Shown here: positions 18,439 through 32,279 of the stretch, in pieces
Layout: each line of letters begins with the position of its first letter
Position numbering within the stretch: position 1 is the first letter of the stretch
Notes under the pieces: model-generated
Database searches by the model: none
What the model saw: only the letters and a program-made list of their open reading frames with translations
Told to the model about the DNA's origin: nothing
From: Candidatus Limnocylindria bacterium
Lineage (GTDB): Bacteria; Chloroflexota; Limnocylindria; P2-11E
Length of the DNA stretch: 64,000 nucleotides
Direction: 5' to 3'
Assembly: GCA_035651155.1 (NCBI GenBank)
Contig: DASRGG010000021.1
Location: 339,752 to 403,751 of the forward strand
Program-made: the position numbers and the translations under genes

Positions 18439-19065
18439 TCAGCGTATGGCGCGCGCGCCGCGCCTGGCGTCGCGCAGCAGCCCGCGAAGGAGGCGCTTCG
18501 AAGACTCGACGTCCTCGCGGTCGGCCTCGGTCAGGCCGGTGCGCTCGGGATCGACGCGCCACCAGCACTCGAAGCCCCAGAGGCGCTCGTCGCCCACGCG
18601 GAGCCGCGGGATCCCGGCGCCGGGGCGGCGCGGCTCGCCGGTCTCGAAATCGAAGAAGCCCTCGAACACGGCGGGCGATCCGGTGCGGTCCGGCTCACCC
18701 TCGCGGGCGTCGAGGAGGATGAGGCACGCCGTGCCGGCGCGAACGTCGTCGGGAGACCGCGTGCCGCGGCCGCGGCCACCGCGTCGGGATCGCCGCTCGC
18801 GCGCGAAGGTGTCGCGCGGCGCGAGCGCGCGGTCCGGTCGCGGCGCGCGATCCGGTCGCGGGGCGCCGCCGCGTCCGCGCTCGCGCGCGCCGCCGCGGTC
18901 CCGTGCCGGACCGCGGTCATGCGCGGCGGATGGACGCCGCGGCTCGGTACGCTCGCTCCGCTCGCTGGACGGGGGCGCCTCCCCCCGCGCCTGCTGCGGA
19001 CGTGGCGCGCCGCCACGCCGGCGTCCCCGCGGGCGTCGTCGCGGCGGCCGCGGCTCGTCGGTCAC
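18439..19065 (-). CDS. Hypothetical protein with Arg/Pro-rich disordered N-terminus and conserved C-terminal domain
   Basis: C-terminal region [45 protein letters not shown] looks protein-like. The N-terminal ~100 aa are RG/RP low complexity, so start codon and reality are uncertain in this GC-rich context. Confidence 0.3.
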   Translation of the reverse strand: MTDEPRPPRRRPRGRRRGGAPRPQQARGEAPPSSERSERTEPRRPSAAHDRGPARDRGGARERGRGGAPRPDRAPRPDRALAPRDTFARERRSRRGGRGRGTRSPDDVRAGTACLILLDAREGEPDRTGSPAVFEGFFDFETGEPRRPGAGIPRLRVGDERLWGFECWWRVDPERTGLTEADREDVESSKRLLRGLLRDARRGARAIR

Positions 19066-19270
19066 GCCATCAGTCTGGCATGCCCGCGGTCAGCTCATCG
19101 AGCCGGCCCTCTTCGGATCGCACGCCGTTCACGTCGAGCGCGATGGCGGTCGCCCGCGTGACCACGTTCATGCACGTCGCGAAACGCGCCGCCATCGATG
19201 CGCGCGAGGAGCGATCGCCGTGTCCTCCGCGCCGGTACACTCGTCGTCGATAGGGGCGAGGGACGTGGGC

Positions 19271-21949
19271 ATGCACGAGGTCTTCGACGAGTTCAAGCGG
19301 CAGCTGCCGGACGTCGATCCCGATGAGACGCAGGAGTGGATCGAGTCGCTCGACGCGCTGGTCGAGCAGGCTGGGCCCGAGCGCGCCCGCTTCGTCCTCT
19401 ACAAGCTGCTCAAGCGTGCGCGCATGCTGCAGATCGGCCTGCCACCGCTCACCCAGACCCGGTACATCAACACGATCTCCCCCGAGCAGGAGCCCGAGTT
19501 CCCCGGCGACGAGGAGATGGAGCACCGCATCCGCCAGTTCATCCGCTGGAACGCGGTCGCGATGGTCGTGCGGGCGAACCACCACTACGAGGGCATCGGC
19601 GGGCACCTCGCGACCTACGCGTCGTCGGCCACGCTCTACGAGGTCGGCTTCAACCACTTCTTCCGCGGCAAGGACGACCCCGGCGGCGGCGACCAGATCT
19701 TCTTCCAGGGGCACGCCTCGCCCGGCATCTACGCGCGCGCGTTCCTCGAGGGCCGGCTCACGGAATCGCAGCTCGACCACTTCCGCCGCGAGGTGAAGCG
19801 CGGCGAGGGCCTCTCGTCGTACCCGCACCCGCGCCTCATGCCCGAGTTCTGGGAGTTCCCCACCGTCTCGATGGGTCTCGGCCCGCTGGCCGCGATCTAC
19901 CAGGCGCGCTTCAACCGCTACCTCGCGATGCGCGGCCTGAAGGACACCAGCGCGCAGCGCGTGTGGGCTTTCCTCGGCGACGGCGAGTGCGACGAGCCCG
20001 AGGCGCTCGGCGCGCTGCACGTCGCGGCGCGCGAGGGTCTCGACAACCTCACCTTCGTCGTGAACTGCAACCTGCAGCGCCTCGACGGACCGGTCCGCGG
20101 CAACGGCAAGATCATCCAGGAGCTCGAGGCGGTCTTCCGCGGCTCCGGCTGGAACGTCATCAAGGTGATCTGGGGCCGCGAGTGGGACGACCTGCTCGCC
20201 CGCGACGTCGACGGCGTGCTCGTAAACCGCATGAACGAGACGACCGACGGCGAGTCGCAGCGGATGGTCGTCGCCGACGGCAAGTACATCCGCGAGCACT
20301 TTTTCGGCGGCGACGCGCGCCTGCAGCAGCTCGTCGCGCACCTTTCCGACGACGACCTCCGCAAGCTGCGACGCGGCGGCCACGACTACCGCAAGGTGTA
20401 CGCCGCGTACAAGGCCGCGACCGAGCACCGCGGCGCGCCGACGGTGATCCTCGCGCAGACCGTGAAGGGCTGGGCGCTCGGACCATCGGTCGAGGGCCGC
20501 AACATCACGCATCAGGCGAAGAAGCTGTCGTTCGAGGAGCTCAAGGTCTTCCGCGACCGCCTCGACCTCCCGATCCCCGACGATCGGCTCATGGAAGACC
20601 CGCCGTACTTCCACCCCGGCCCTGAGAGCGCGGAGGTGCGCTACATGCTCGAGCGCCGTCGCGCGCTGGGCGGACCGGTCCCGCGCCGCATCGCGTTCCC
20701 GGTGCGCCTCGCCCCGAAGGACGACGCGTTCGCCGAGTTCCCGAAGGGATCGGGGAAGGCCGCGGCCTCGACGACGATGGCGTTCACGCGCCTGCTCCGG
20801 AACCTGCTGCGCGACCCGAACATCGGCAGCCGCGTCGTGCCGATCATCCCGGACGAGGCACGCACCTTCGGCATGGATCCGCTCTTCAAAGAGGTGGGCA
20901 TCTACTCGCCGCTCGGCCAGCGCTACGAGCCGGTCGACGCCGAGACGCTCCTTCCCTATCGCGAGGCGACGGACGGACAGGTGCTCGAGGAGGGCATCAC
21001 CGAGGCGGGCTCGATGGCGAGCTTCACGGCCGCCGGCACGAGCTACGCGACGCACGGCGAGCCGATGGTGCCCTTCTACATCTTCTATTCGATGTTCGGC
21101 TTCCAGCGGACGATGGACCAGATCTGGGCGTTCGGCGACGCGCGCGGCCGCGGGTTCCTCATGGGCGCGACCGCCGGACGCACGACGCTGAACGGCGAGG
21201 GCCTGCAGCACGAGGACGGGCACAGCCAGCTCCTCGCGACCGCCATCCCCAACGTGCGCGCGTACGACCCCGCGTTCGCGTACGAGACCGCGGTGATCGT
21301 GCGCGACGGCATCGCGAGGATGCTCGTCGGCAACGAGGACATCTTCTACTACCTCACGCTCTACAACGAGAACTACCCGATGCCGCCGATGCCCGAGGGC
21401 GTCGAGGAGGGCATCCTCCGCGGCATCTACCTGTTCAAGAAGGGCGCGGGGGGACGCCGGCGCGTGACGCTGCTCGGGTCCGGTCCGATCCTCCTGCAGG
21501 CGCTGCGCGCGCAGGACCTCCTGCAGGAGCGGTACGGCGTCGCGGCGGACGTATACAGCGTCACGAGCTACCAGCTGCTGCGGAACGACGCGCTCGAGAT
21601 CGAGCGGTGGAACCGCCTGCATCCGGCGGAGCGGCCGCGCGTCCCGTACGTATCGCAGGTGCTCGGCGGCAAGCTCCCCATCGTCGCGGCGACCGACTAC
21701 ATGAAGGCCGTCGCCGACCAGATCGCGCGCTGGGCGCCGCAGCCGTTCATCCCGCTCGGCACCGACGGCTTCGGCCGGAGCGACACGCGCGACGCGCTGC
21801 GCCGCCACTTCGAGGTGGACGCGGAGAGCATCGCCGTCGCGTCGCTCCAGGGCCTCCAGCTCTGCGAGCTGCTCGGCGCGGCCGACGTCGCGAAGGCCAT
21901 CGCCGACCTCGGTATCGACCCCGCAAAGCCGGAGCCACGCAGCAGCTAG
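19271..21949 (+). CDS. aceE: Pyruvate dehydrogenase E1 component (homodimeric type)
   Basis: 892 aa from ATG 19271 ([28 protein letters not shown]). ThDP motifs [21 protein letters not shown] and GDGECDEPE. The upstream 320 codons of the track ORF are read-through. Confidence 0.9.
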   Translation: MHEVFDEFKRQLPDVDPDETQEWIESLDALVEQAGPERARFVLYKLLKRARMLQIGLPPLTQTRYINTISPEQEPEFPGDEEMEHRIRQFIRWNAVAMVVRANHHYEGIGGHLATYASSATLYEVGFNHFFRGKDDPGGGDQIFFQGHASPGIYARAFLEGRLTESQLDHFRREVKRGEGLSSYPHPRLMPEFWEFPTVSMGLGPLAAIYQARFNRYLAMRGLKDTSAQRVWAFLGDGECDEPEALGALHVAAREGLDNLTFVVNCNLQRLDGPVRGNGKIIQELEAVFRGSGWNVIKVIWGREWDDLLARDVDGVLVNRMNETTDGESQRMVVADGKYIREHFFGGDARLQQLVAHLSDDDLRKLRRGGHDYRKVYAAYKAATEHRGAPTVILAQTVKGWALGPSVEGRNITHQAKKLSFEELKVFRDRLDLPIPDDRLMEDPPYFHPGPESAEVRYMLERRRALGGPVPRRIAFPVRLAPKDDAFAEFPKGSGKAAASTTMAFTRLLRNLLRDPNIGSRVVPIIPDEARTFGMDPLFKEVGIYSPLGQRYEPVDAETLLPYREATDGQVLEEGITEAGSMASFTAAGTSYATHGEPMVPFYIFYSMFGFQRTMDQIWAFGDARGRGFLMGATAGRTTLNGEGLQHEDGHSQLLATAIPNVRAYDPAFAYETAVIVRDGIARMLVGNEDIFYYLTLYNENYPMPPMPEGVEEGILRGIYLFKKGAGGRRRVTLLGSGPILLQALRAQDLLQERYGVAADVYSVTSYQLLRNDALEIERWNRLHPAERPRVPYVSQVLGGKLPIVAATDYMKAVADQIARWAPQPFIPLGTDGFGRSDTRDALRRHFEVDAESIAVASLQGLQLCELLGAADVAKAIADLGIDPAKPEPRSS

Positions 21950-22047
21950 CTCGGCCCCTCCGACCGGAAGACCTGCGCGCTCCCGTGCCTCTGGCGGATC
22001 TTCAGCGAGTGCCGGGGCTCACGATCCGAATGCGAACGCCGGGGATG

Positions 22048-22464
22048 CTACGCGCCGGGGAGGAGCTCCAGCGCCACGACGTGCCGCGGGCGCATCACCC
22101 CGAAGTGGCGGCGGTCCAGCGTGGCGAGCTTTCGCTCACCGAGGCGCTCGACGATCGCGAGGACCGCGGCGTCCACGAAACCGACGCGCAGATCGCGGTA
22201 GTCGGAACGTATCTCGAGGATGCGCTCGTAGTCATCCGCGTCGAGCTCCTCGATCCGCGTGGTCCCGCGTAGACCGCTCCGAAGCACCTCGTCGAACGCA
22301 CCGGGAAGCCCCTTTACCGCACACCAGTAGTCGAGCTCGCCGAGGACCGGCGCGGGAATGACGCGCTCCTCCCGTGCGCGAAGCAGCTCCGCGCACTCGT
22401 TGTGGTGGATGTCACTGCGATCCAATGAAGCGAGCAGTGGGCCGGTGTCTATGACGAGCGCCAC
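22048..22464 (-). CDS. vapC: PIN-domain toxin VapC
   Basis: MALVIDTGPLLASLDRSD... with PIN acidic residues (D6, E43-like, D96-like). 138 aa, 7 nt downstream of an RHH antitoxin gene. Confidence 0.8.
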   Translation of the reverse strand: MALVIDTGPLLASLDRSDIHHNECAELLRAREERVIPAPVLGELDYWCAVKGLPGAFDEVLRSGLRGTTRIEELDADDYERILEIRSDYRDLRVGFVDAAVLAIVERLGERKLATLDRRHFGVMRPRHVVALELLPGA

Positions 22465-22470
22465 CTCCCG

Positions 22471-22713
22471 CTACGGTTCACTCGCGTACGGCTCTGCGAC
22501 GTACTCGTCGTTGCTCGACCGTTCCGAGTCGTCGCGCCGCCCGGACGCGTACTTTCCGATGAAGGAGGGAATCGGATGCGCGCGGCCCCGGTCCCCGAGC
22601 GCGGCCTCGAGCGCGTCGCGGACGACCTGCGCGACGGAGACGCCGCGCTGCGCGGCGCGCTTCTTCACCCTTCGGATGAGATCGTCGTCGGCTTGAACGA
22701 TGAAACGGCGCAC
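22471..22713 (-). CDS. vapB: Ribbon-helix-helix antitoxin (VapB/CopG-like)
   Basis: 80 aa; N-terminal MRRFIVQADDDLIRRVKKRAAQRGVSVAQVVRDALEAAL is a typical RHH DNA-binding module. Confidence 0.65.
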   Translation of the reverse strand: MRRFIVQADDDLIRRVKKRAAQRGVSVAQVVRDALEAALGDRGRAHPIPSFIGKYASGRRDDSERSSNDEYVAEPYASEP

Positions 22714-22772
22714 GGCATCATGATATCAGCTTGGGCCGCGCGACCCCCGGCCGGACGAGCCGACGGAACATG

Positions 22773-24449
<1,677 letters not shown>

Positions 24450-24547
24450 ACCAACACCGTACCGCAGGCGGCGCCGCGACAGCTCTTCGGTGTCCCCCGT
24501 CATAGAGGATTCGATACGCTTGCCTCCAACACGCAGGGGAGGGCGCC

Positions 24548-27118
24548 GTGAGCCGGTACGACCGTAACTTCCGTCTGTCCAAGGACGTCCTGCCTTCCCG
24601 ATACGAGCTCCATTTCGACCTCGACCTGGACACCTGGACCTCACGGGGCCGCGAGGAGATCACGCTCCGGACGGCCAGGCCGTCGCGCGAGATCGTCCTG
24701 CACGCCGTCGAGATCGAGATCGCGTCCGCGACGATCGACGGCACGAACCCCATGGAGGGCGCGTCGATCGAGGCGGAGGCGCAGGTCGCCGTGCTGCGCT
24801 TCGCCGGCGAGATCCCCGCGGGCGAGCACCGGCTCGAGATCTCGTGGACCGGCGGGATCCGCGAGTCGCTGCGCGGCCTGTACCGCTCGGTCCGCGGCGA
24901 GGAGCGCTACGCCGCGACGCAGTTCGAGGCGGCCGACGCGCGGCGCGCCTTCCCGTGCTTCGACGAGCCCGAGTTCAAGGCGAAGTTCGCCGTCGAGCTC
25001 GTCTACCCGTCCGGCAACACCGCCATCGCGAACATGCCCGTGGAGTCGACCGAGGAGCTCGGCGAGAACCGCACGCGCACGCGCACCCGCTTCCGCGAGA
25101 CGCCGGTGCGCATCTCGACGTACCTCGTCGCGTTCACCGTCGGGCCGTACGAGTCCACGCCCGAGGCGACGACGCCGACGAAGATCCCCGTGCGCGTCTG
25201 GCTCCCGCCGGGGCTCGCGCGGCAGGCGCTCTTCGCGCGCGACGCCCACGTGCGGTCCGTCGACTGGCTCCAGCAGTACACGGCCATCCCCTACCCGTTC
25301 ATCAAGCTCGACGCGATCGGCATCCCCGACTTCGAGGCCGGCGCGATGGAGAACCCCGGCGCGATCACCTACCGCACGCGCCTCCTCGCGGCCGACGAGA
25401 AGAACGCGTCCATCGTCACGCTCAAGGGGGTTTTCAGCACTGCGGCACACGAGCTCACGCACATGTGGTGGGGCGACCTCGTGACGATGCGCTGGTGGAC
25501 CGACCTCTGGCTGAACGAATCGTTCGCGTCCTTCGTCGGCGAGAAATGCACCGCGTCGCTCAATCCGCAGTGGAGCTACTGGCGCGACTTCGTCGCCGAC
25601 AACACCGCCGCGTTCAACCTCGACGCACTCGCGTCGACCCACCCGATCTCCATCGAGGCCAAGAACGCGGAGGAGGCATCCGAGCGGTTCGACGCGATCA
25701 CGTACACGAAGGGCGCGGCCGTGCTGCGCATGATCGAGGGCTATCTCGGCGAGGACGCCTTCCGGACGGGCGTGCGCATCTACCTGAATCGACACCGGGA
25801 ATCGAACGCGTCGGCCGACGACTTCTGGCACGCGCTCGACGAGGCATCGGGCCAGGACGTGACCACGATCATGAACGCGTGGATCACGGAGCCCGGGCAT
25901 CCGCTCGTCTCGATCGCCGTGCGGGACGCGCAGGCCGGGATCTTCGAGCTCGCGCAGACGCGCTGCTACAGCGACCGCGAGGCGACGCCGTCCCCACAGC
26001 GCTGGCCGGTGCCGCTCGTCCTTCGCTACGGCACGAACGACGGCATCAGGGAGGAGCGCGTGCTGCTGCGCGAGGAGCGCGCGACGGTGCGTCTCGAGGG
26101 TGCGGAGTGGCTCTATCCGAACGCCGGCGGCCGCGGCTTCTACCGCTGGCAGCTCGACCAGACCGGTGACCGCCTGCTCGACGCCGGCGTGCGGCGGCTC
26201 GCGCCGGAGGAGCGGCTCTCCCTCGTCGACAACATGTGGGCGCTGACGCGCACCGGGCGCGCGACGCTCGCGTCGTTCCTCCGCCGTCTCGACACGCTCG
26301 CCGGCGAGGAGGACCGCGCGGTCCTCGCCGCGATCTCGGACGCGCTCACCTGGCTCTCCGGCTACGCGGTGCGCGATCACACCGAGGCGGCGTTCACGCG
26401 CTTCATCGACGCGTTCTACCGCCCGATCTTCCAGAGGCTCGGCTGGCGTCCGCGCGACGGCGAGGACGCGGACACGCGCGAGAAGCGCGCCCGCGTCATC
26501 GGCATGCTCGGCTACCACGCGCGCGCGGCCGACGTCCGCCGCGACGCGCGCGACCGCGCGCTCCGTCACCTCGACGGCGTCGAGCCGCTGCATCCGGACG
26601 GGGCCGGCGTGATCCTCGGGGTCGCGGCCACCGACGGGGACGGCGCGCTCTGGGACCGCTACGTGAAGCGGATGCGGGCCGCGCAATCGACCGACGCGCA
26701 GGAGGAGGCCCGCTTCCGGCAGGCGCTCACGTCGTTCGAGGACGAGGCGCTCGCGCAGCGCACCGCCGACGCGATCTTCTCGCCGCTCATCCGCACGCAG
26801 GACCGGGGCCTCATGGTCATCCCGTTCCTCCAGGGCCGCCGCACCCGGAAGGCCGGCTGGCAGACCATCCGCGATCGCTGGGACACGGACGTCGCGACGG
26901 CCGAGCCGCTCCTCAAGCAGCGGTTCGTCAACGCGGTGAGCCAGCTCGCGCTGCCCGAGTACCGCGACGAGGTGACGCGCTTCATCGAATCGAAGCGCAC
27001 GTCGGACATCGCCGAGGCCGTGAAGCAGAGCGTCGAGCGGCTGCGCATCAACACCGAGGCCGCCGAGCGGCTCGCCAAGGAGCTCGAGGAGGCGCTCGCC
27101 GCGCCGGCGCGCCGCTAG
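24548..27118 (+). CDS. pepN: M1 family aminopeptidase (aminopeptidase N)
   Basis: 856 aa; GAMEN motif and [10 protein letters not shown]...WLNESFA zinc-binding HEXXH-X18-E. Confidence 0.9.
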   Translation: MSRYDRNFRLSKDVLPSRYELHFDLDLDTWTSRGREEITLRTARPSREIVLHAVEIEIASATIDGTNPMEGASIEAEAQVAVLRFAGEIPAGEHRLEISWTGGIRESLRGLYRSVRGEERYAATQFEAADARRAFPCFDEPEFKAKFAVELVYPSGNTAIANMPVESTEELGENRTRTRTRFRETPVRISTYLVAFTVGPYESTPEATTPTKIPVRVWLPPGLARQALFARDAHVRSVDWLQQYTAIPYPFIKLDAIGIPDFEAGAMENPGAITYRTRLLAADEKNASIVTLKGVFSTAAHELTHMWWGDLVTMRWWTDLWLNESFASFVGEKCTASLNPQWSYWRDFVADNTAAFNLDALASTHPISIEAKNAEEASERFDAITYTKGAAVLRMIEGYLGEDAFRTGVRIYLNRHRESNASADDFWHALDEASGQDVTTIMNAWITEPGHPLVSIAVRDAQAGIFELAQTRCYSDREATPSPQRWPVPLVLRYGTNDGIREERVLLREERATVRLEGAEWLYPNAGGRGFYRWQLDQTGDRLLDAGVRRLAPEERLSLVDNMWALTRTGRATLASFLRRLDTLAGEEDRAVLAAISDALTWLSGYAVRDHTEAAFTRFIDAFYRPIFQRLGWRPRDGEDADTREKRARVIGMLGYHARAADVRRDARDRALRHLDGVEPLHPDGAGVILGVAATDGDGALWDRYVKRMRAAQSTDAQEEARFRQALTSFEDEALAQRTADAIFSPLIRTQDRGLMVIPFLQGRRTRKAGWQTIRDRWDTDVATAEPLLKQRFVNAVSQLALPEYRDEVTRFIESKRTSDIAEAVKQSVERLRINTEAAERLAKELEEALAAPARR

Positions 27119-27121
27119 GGT

Positions 27122-28123
27122 CTACCCGCCGATGAAGCTCATTTCGATCTTCTTGAGGCCGGTGGTGTCGGCGGAGCGCAGCTCCGAGTAGCGGTCCTCG
27201 CGCGCGGCCCACACGGCCTGGATGGCGGCGCGGATGTCGTCGTCGCCCGCGCCGCTCCTGAGGAGCGCCCGCAGGTCGTGACCCTGCGTCGCGAAGAGGC
27301 AGGTGTACATCGACCCGTCGGCCGAGAGCCGCGCGCGCGTGCAGTCCGCGCAGAAGGGCTGCGTCACCGACGAGATGACGCCGATCTCACCCGCGCCGTC
27401 GCGGTACCGATAGCGCCCGGCGACCTCGCCGCGATAGGCGGGCTCCACCGGTTCGATCGGGAACTCGCGGTCGATCGCCGCGATGATCTCGCGCGCCGGA
27501 ACGACGTCGTCGAGCCGCCACCCGTTCGACGTGCCGACGTCCATGTACTCGATGAAGCGCAGCACGTGGCCGGTGCCGCGGAAGTGTCGCGCCATCGGCA
27601 GGACGCTGTCCTCGTTCAGGCCGCGCCGCACGACCATGTTCACCTTGATCGGCGCGAGGCCGTTCGCTTCCGCCGCGGCGATGCCGTCGAGCACCTTCCG
27701 GACGGGGAAGTCGACGTCGTTCATCCGGCGGAAGGTCGCGTCGTCGAGCGAGTCGAGGCTCACGGTGATGCGCTTCAGTCCCGCGTCCGCGAGGGCCTTC
27801 GCCTTCGCGACGAGGAGCGAGCCGTTGGTCGTGAGCGTGAGGTCGAGGTCGCCGAGCCTCGCGAGCATGCCGACGAGACGCTCGACGTCCCGGCGGACGA
27901 GGGGCTCGCCGCCGGTGAGACGGACCTTGCGGACGCCGAGCCCGACGAAGATGCCGACGAGGCGCGCGATCTCCTCGAACGTGAGCACCTGCGAATGCGG
28001 CAGGAAGGCGTAGTCCTTGCCGAAGATCTCCTTCGGCATGCAGTAGACGCAGCGGAAGTTGCAGCGGTCGGTGACGGAGACCCGCAGGTCGTGGAGCGGC
28101 CGGCGGAAGACGTCCTCGGTCAT
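27122..28123 (-). CDS. moaA: GTP 3',8-cyclase MoaA (molybdenum cofactor biosynthesis)
   Basis: Radical-SAM CNFRCVYC N-terminal cluster motif and C-terminal second cluster ([18 protein letters not shown]); 333 aa. Confidence 0.9.
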   Translation of the reverse strand: MTEDVFRRPLHDLRVSVTDRCNFRCVYCMPKEIFGKDYAFLPHSQVLTFEEIARLVGIFVGLGVRKVRLTGGEPLVRRDVERLVGMLARLGDLDLTLTTNGSLLVAKAKALADAGLKRITVSLDSLDDATFRRMNDVDFPVRKVLDGIAAAEANGLAPIKVNMVVRRGLNEDSVLPMARHFRGTGHVLRFIEYMDVGTSNGWRLDDVVPAREIIAAIDREFPIEPVEPAYRGEVAGRYRYRDGAGEIGVISSVTQPFCADCTRARLSADGSMYTCLFATQGHDLRALLRSGAGDDDIRAAIQAVWAAREDRYSELRSADTTGLKKIEMSFIGG

Positions 28124-28184
28124 ATCAAAAGTATGAGGCCCGAACCTAGCGGTCCGGGCCTCAGCGCCTGGTCGTGATCGTGGA

Positions 28185-31100
28185 TTACGGGGTCGGGACG
28201 CCGAGCAGGATGCCCTCGCTCGCGCCGGCGGCGTTGTCGATGCCGACCACGAGCAGGCCGAGCGCGGGCGTCCGCGCCCATTCGGCCGCGTCGATCGAGA
28301 CAGGCTGGTCGACCGCGGCGCCCGGCGCCACCGCGTCGAAGGCGCCGGTGCTGATGGCCGGGGTGAAGGCGTTGAACGTGGCCGACGTGGTGCCGATGTC
28401 GTCGGTGCCGTCGCGGCCCGCGAAGACGTCGATGTGGTAGCTGAACCGCGGGCTGGCCGCGCTGAGGCCGAGCCGGTTGCTGAAGACCGGGATGAACACC
28501 GTGCTGTTGTCGGTCGCGATGGCGGTGCTCGTCAGCACGAGCGAGCCGGTCGTGAGGTTGACGACGCCGGAAAGGAACACGCCGTCGCGCGAGCCGGTCC
28601 GCACGAGGCCGTTGTCCGCGCCGAACACCAGGAAGTCGTCGACGCCGTCGCCGTTGGTGTCGACGAGGATGTCGTACTCGTTCACCGCGGCGTTGGAGAA
28701 CCGCTCCCAGGTATTGACCGCGAAGACGATCAGGCGACGGGTACCGGACGGGAACGACTGGGCGCCGGCCGCGCGCAGGTCGGTCTGGCCGTGTCCGTCG
28801 TTCGGCGAGCTGATGCCCCACGCGTAGAAGTCGGCGGTGCCGGTAAAGGCGCCGCCCGCGTTGGTGAGGTGGACCGTGCCGCTCGGGTTCGACGGGCCGA
28901 ATGGCGACGAGAGCGTCGCCGCGGTGTTCGAGAGGCCGCGCGGAACGAGGTAATAGGGGACGCGAAGGGCGATGCCGTTGTTGGCCCCGTTCACGGGCGT
29001 GAGCTCGATGAAGCCCGAAGCCTCGCGGAACGCGTTCGCGTTCCCGGTCGTGGCGCCGGGCACGGTGAGGGTCACGTCGATGGACGCGGACCGCTCGCCT
29101 GAAAGACGGATCGAGCTGCGGGACAGGCTGACCGTGTGCGGCGCGCCGCTCTGCATGGTCGCCGCGGCGGTGAAGCGCGGATCGCCCGCGTCCTCCCCGT
29201 CCTCGCCGCGGAGCGCCTGCACCCTGATCCGCTTCGTCGCGGTGTAGGTCCCGAGGAACTCGTTGTACCCGAAGGACAGGCTGGCCGTGCCGCGGTCGCC
29301 CGTCGCGATCGCGCGGGTGTGCGTGGCCGCGTAGGCCTGGACGAGTCCCGCGCCGCTGGTCCGTGTCCTGTATCCGGCGATCGCCGTGGCGGAGGCCGTG
29401 TTCATGATCGCGGCCTTGACCCGCTCGGCCACGCCGTTGCCGTCCTCGTCGTCATCGCGACGCCCCTGCTTCTGGGCCTGGACGACGAGGGCCGCGACGC
29501 CGCTCACGTGCGGCGCCGCCATGGACGTACCGGAGAGACGCTCGCCCTGGTTGCCGGTGCCGACCGCGGTCGAAAGGGTCGAGACGCCGGGGGCTGCGAC
29601 GTCGGGCTTCAGGCTGCTGTCGCGCAAGCGCGGGCCGCCCGAGGAGAAGCTCGCGATCGCGCTGAAGGCGGTGTTCGTGAGGGGACTGTTCGTCAGCGTG
29701 ACGGTCCCGCCGTCGCGGGTCTTGATCGCGGCTCCGTCGGTGGAGCGGACGCCCAGGAACGGGATCGTGACGGCGTAGACCTCGCCCGTGTCCGGGTTCC
29801 CGGTGATCGGACCCTCGAAGGGCGGGTAGCTCGTCGCGTTGTTGACCATGAGCACGGCCGCGGCGCCGTGCTGCTGGCCGAAGACGGCGCGCGCGACGCG
29901 CGCGCAGGTGCCGCGCTGCGTCACGACGAGCATGCCGGCGGTGCCGGCGTACTCGTTCGGATCGCAGCCGAGGCTGATCGCGGTGTGCGCGGCGTCGGAC
30001 CAGAGGACCTTCACCGGCAGCGTCAGGCCGTCGGCGAACGTCGCGCCGTTGGCGTTGATCGACGCGAGCGTCGTGGTCCCGAGGGCGGTCCCACCGGAGA
30101 ACGCGAGGGAAGCGCCGGGGAAAGTCTTCGTCGCGTCGTTCGCCGCGACGCTGATCGTGCGGGTCGCCGTGGAGGGCGATCCCGTGATGTACGGCGCAGG
30201 GCCGGAGTTGCCGGCCGAGGCCACGACGACGACGCCCGAGCGGGCGGCGTTGTCGGACGCGACGGCCGAGGGGTCGTCCGGGCGACCGAAGGACGAGCCG
30301 AGCGACATGTTGATGACGTCCATGTCGTGATCGACGGCCCAGTCGATGGCGTCGACGGTGACGTCGGTCGCGCCGTTGCAGCCGAAGACGCGGATCGCGT
30401 AGAGGTCGGCGAGGGGCGCGACGCCGGGTCCGATGCGGAAGGTGCTGAACGGGAGCGACGTGTCATACGTGCCCCGGTAGGTCTGGCCCGATGCGGTCAC
30501 GCCGAATCCCGCGACGGTCCCGGCGACGTGGCTGCCGTGGCCGTTGCAGTCGAGCGGGTTCGGGTCGGGCTTCGGGGTCGCGATGTTCGGGTCGGGCGAG
30601 CTCGGGTTGTAGGCGTCGCCGACGAGGTCGATGCCGCCCTTCACCTTCGGCGCGTGCTTGCCGAAGAGCGCGGGATCCGCGGGCAGCGCCTCGTTCGCGT
30701 GCGCGTCGACGTAGGCCGCGGGTGTGCCGGGGCCGCCGAAGTTCGCGTGCGTGTAGTCGATGCCCGTGTCGATGACGCCGACCTTGATGCGCTCGCCGCG
30801 CAGGCCCTTCTTGCCTTCCCAGACCTGCGGCGCGCCGATGTAGGGAACGCTCGTCGAGTTGTCGCGCTCCATCCGCTGGACCGGCACGACCGCCTCGACG
30901 TTCGGGAGCGAGGCGAGGGCGCCGAGCGACCGGCGCGCGATCTCGACCTTGATGCCGTTGTAGGCCGACTGGTATTGGCCGAGGACCCGGCCGCCCGCGG
31001 CGCCGATGCTCGGGAGCAGCGGATCCTGCTTCGCCCTGAGGCTGGCCTTGACGCTGTCGCGCTCGGCGTCCGAGATCTGCTTTCCGGGCTTGGACGCCTT

Positions 31101-31325
31101 CACGAGCGCGACGGGATCGCCGGCGAGCCTGAGCATCACGATGACCTTCGCGTCGGGATCCGCGCCGATCGGAAGCGTCGCGGGCGTGACGCCCTCGAGC
31201 TCATCGATCGTGAAACGCGAGGACTGACCGTCGTCGGCGGTGGTCGGCGACGCACCGACGATGGCGACGGTCGCGAGGAACGCAAGAGCCAGCGTGGCGC
31301 CGAGCGCACGGAATGAGCGCGACAT
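28185..31325 (-). CDS. Secreted S8 family serine peptidase (subtilisin-like, with I9 propeptide and PA-type insert)
   Basis: Signal peptide [25 protein letters not shown]; catalytic triad motifs [12 protein letters not shown] (Asp), [11 protein letters not shown] (His), [16 protein letters not shown] (Ser); 1046 aa. Confidence 0.85.
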   Translation of the reverse strand: MSRSFRALGATLALAFLATVAIVGASPTTADDGQSSRFTIDELEGVTPATLPIGADPDAKVIVMLRLAGDPVALVKASKPGKQISDAERDSVKASLRAKQDPLLPSIGAAGGRVLGQYQSAYNGIKVEIARRSLGALASLPNVEAVVPVQRMERDNSTSVPYIGAPQVWEGKKGLRGERIKVGVIDTGIDYTHANFGGPGTPAAYVDAHANEALPADPALFGKHAPKVKGGIDLVGDAYNPSSPDPNIATPKPDPNPLDCNGHGSHVAGTVAGFGVTASGQTYRGTYDTSLPFSTFRIGPGVAPLADLYAIRVFGCNGATDVTVDAIDWAVDHDMDVINMSLGSSFGRPDDPSAVASDNAARSGVVVVASAGNSGPAPYITGSPSTATRTISVAANDATKTFPGASLAFSGGTALGTTTLASINANGATFADGLTLPVKVLWSDAAHTAISLGCDPNEYAGTAGMLVVTQRGTCARVARAVFGQQHGAAAVLMVNNATSYPPFEGPITGNPDTGEVYAVTIPFLGVRSTDGAAIKTRDGGTVTLTNSPLTNTAFSAIASFSSGGPRLRDSSLKPDVAAPGVSTLSTAVGTGNQGERLSGTSMAAPHVSGVAALVVQAQKQGRRDDDEDGNGVAERVKAAIMNTASATAIAGYRTRTSGAGLVQAYAATHTRAIATGDRGTASLSFGYNEFLGTYTATKRIRVQALRGEDGEDAGDPRFTAAATMQSGAPHTVSLSRSSIRLSGERSASIDVTLTVPGATTGNANAFREASGFIELTPVNGANNGIALRVPYYLVPRGLSNTAATLSSPFGPSNPSGTVHLTNAGGAFTGTADFYAWGISSPNDGHGQTDLRAAGAQSFPSGTRRLIVFAVNTWERFSNAAVNEYDILVDTNGDGVDDFLVFGADNGLVRTGSRDGVFLSGVVNLTTGSLVLTSTAIATDNSTVFIPVFSNRLGLSAASPRFSYHIDVFAGRDGTDDIGTTSATFNAFTPAISTGAFDAVAPGAAVDQPVSIDAAEWARTPALGLLVVGIDNAAGASEGILLGVPTP

Positions 31326-31428
31326 GAGCGTGGCCCCTCTCTCCGTCCGGGCCTGCGTGCGCGGACGGCGGAGAGTGTGGCGGAAGGTATCTAGGCCGTA
31401 AAGGGGAGCGAGGGCGCGGTGAGTGTGG

Positions 31429-31680
31429 TTAGACGCCCGCCAGTGCGCTTCGCACGGCGTCGGCGACGGCCTTCGGTTCAGGAAAGCCGCCGTCGCGGGT
31501 CATCGAGTGAACGAGCTTGTCCGCGACGCGAACGTCGAAGGTGCCGCCCTCCCACGGGATGAGCTCGATCGACGAAAGCTGGCCGCCGAATTCGTACATG
31601 AGGGCCTTCGCGAGGTCGAGCGTCTGCGGCTCGTACCCGCACTCGGCGCAGTACGTGATCTTGATCTTGACCGGGCTCAT
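31429..31680 (-). CDS. Rdx/SelW-like thioredoxin-fold protein (Cys homologue, CxxC)
   Basis: MSPVKIKITYCAECGYEPQ...IPWEGGTFDV. Rdx family with CAEC in place of the CxxU selenoprotein motif. ATG overlaps the upstream stop. Confidence 0.7.
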   Translation of the reverse strand: MSPVKIKITYCAECGYEPQTLDLAKALMYEFGGQLSSIELIPWEGGTFDVRVADKLVHSMTRDGGFPEPKAVADAVRSALAGV

Positions 31681-32279
31681 CGCACCGGTTGCGCCGCGAC
31701 GAGCTCGCGCAGCTCGCGCTGTACCTCGGCGTTCGCGAACGCCGTCGTCTCCTCGCGCATCTTCTGGAGCTCGGCCTGCAGCCGCGCGCGAACGTCGTCC
31801 GCGAGCTGGTCGACGGGCGCATCCGGCGAGCCGAACTCCGGATGCGCGGCGAAGATCTCGCGTCGCTTGCGCGCGCGCAGCTCGCTCACCGAGGCGGGGC
31901 GCTCGATCCAATGGCCGAGCTCGCGGAAACGGTCGTCGAAGAAGGCGATGACCGGGATGGACTTGTACTTCCCCTGATTCAGCCATCGCTCCATCAGGTC
32001 CTCGTTCTGGTCCCGGTAGAAGATCCGGACGTCGAGCGTCCCGACCTCCTTCGCGAGCCGTCCGAGGACCGGGAGGTTGGCGATCACGTCGCCGCACCAG
32101 TCCTCCGCCAGCACGACGACGTTCAGGGGGCGCGCGAGCGAGCGGAAGAAGCGCACCGTCTCGGCATCCAGCGTCACGCGCCGCTCGTTCTCCTCGAGCC
32201 GCTCGCGGTTCCGGGTCATGGCGGCCTTGAACGCGTCGTACCTCAGGCCTGTCTCGAAGCGCGCCCGATCCATGCTCAT
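31677..32279 (-). CDS. Thioredoxin-like family protein
   Basis: 200 aa; LAEDWCGDV active-site-like motif in a thioredoxin-fold context. Weakly supported. Confidence 0.5.
   Translation of the reverse strand: MSMDRARFETGLRYDAFKAAMTRNRERLEENERRVTLDAETVRFFRSLARPLNVVVLAEDWCGDVIANLPVLGRLAKEVGTLDVRIFYRDQNEDLMERWLNQGKYKSIPVIAFFDDRFRELGHWIERPASVSELRARKRREIFAAHPEFGSPDAPVDQLADDVRARLQAELQKMREETTAFANAEVQRELRELVAAQPVR

Noticed and set aside
18305-19270. 5' 320 codons of the 1214-aa track ORF preceding aceE
   Set aside because: Arg/Ser-rich low-complexity read-through with no E1 homology. The E1 protein starts at the ATG at 19271 ([13 protein letters not shown]), matching known AceE N-termini.
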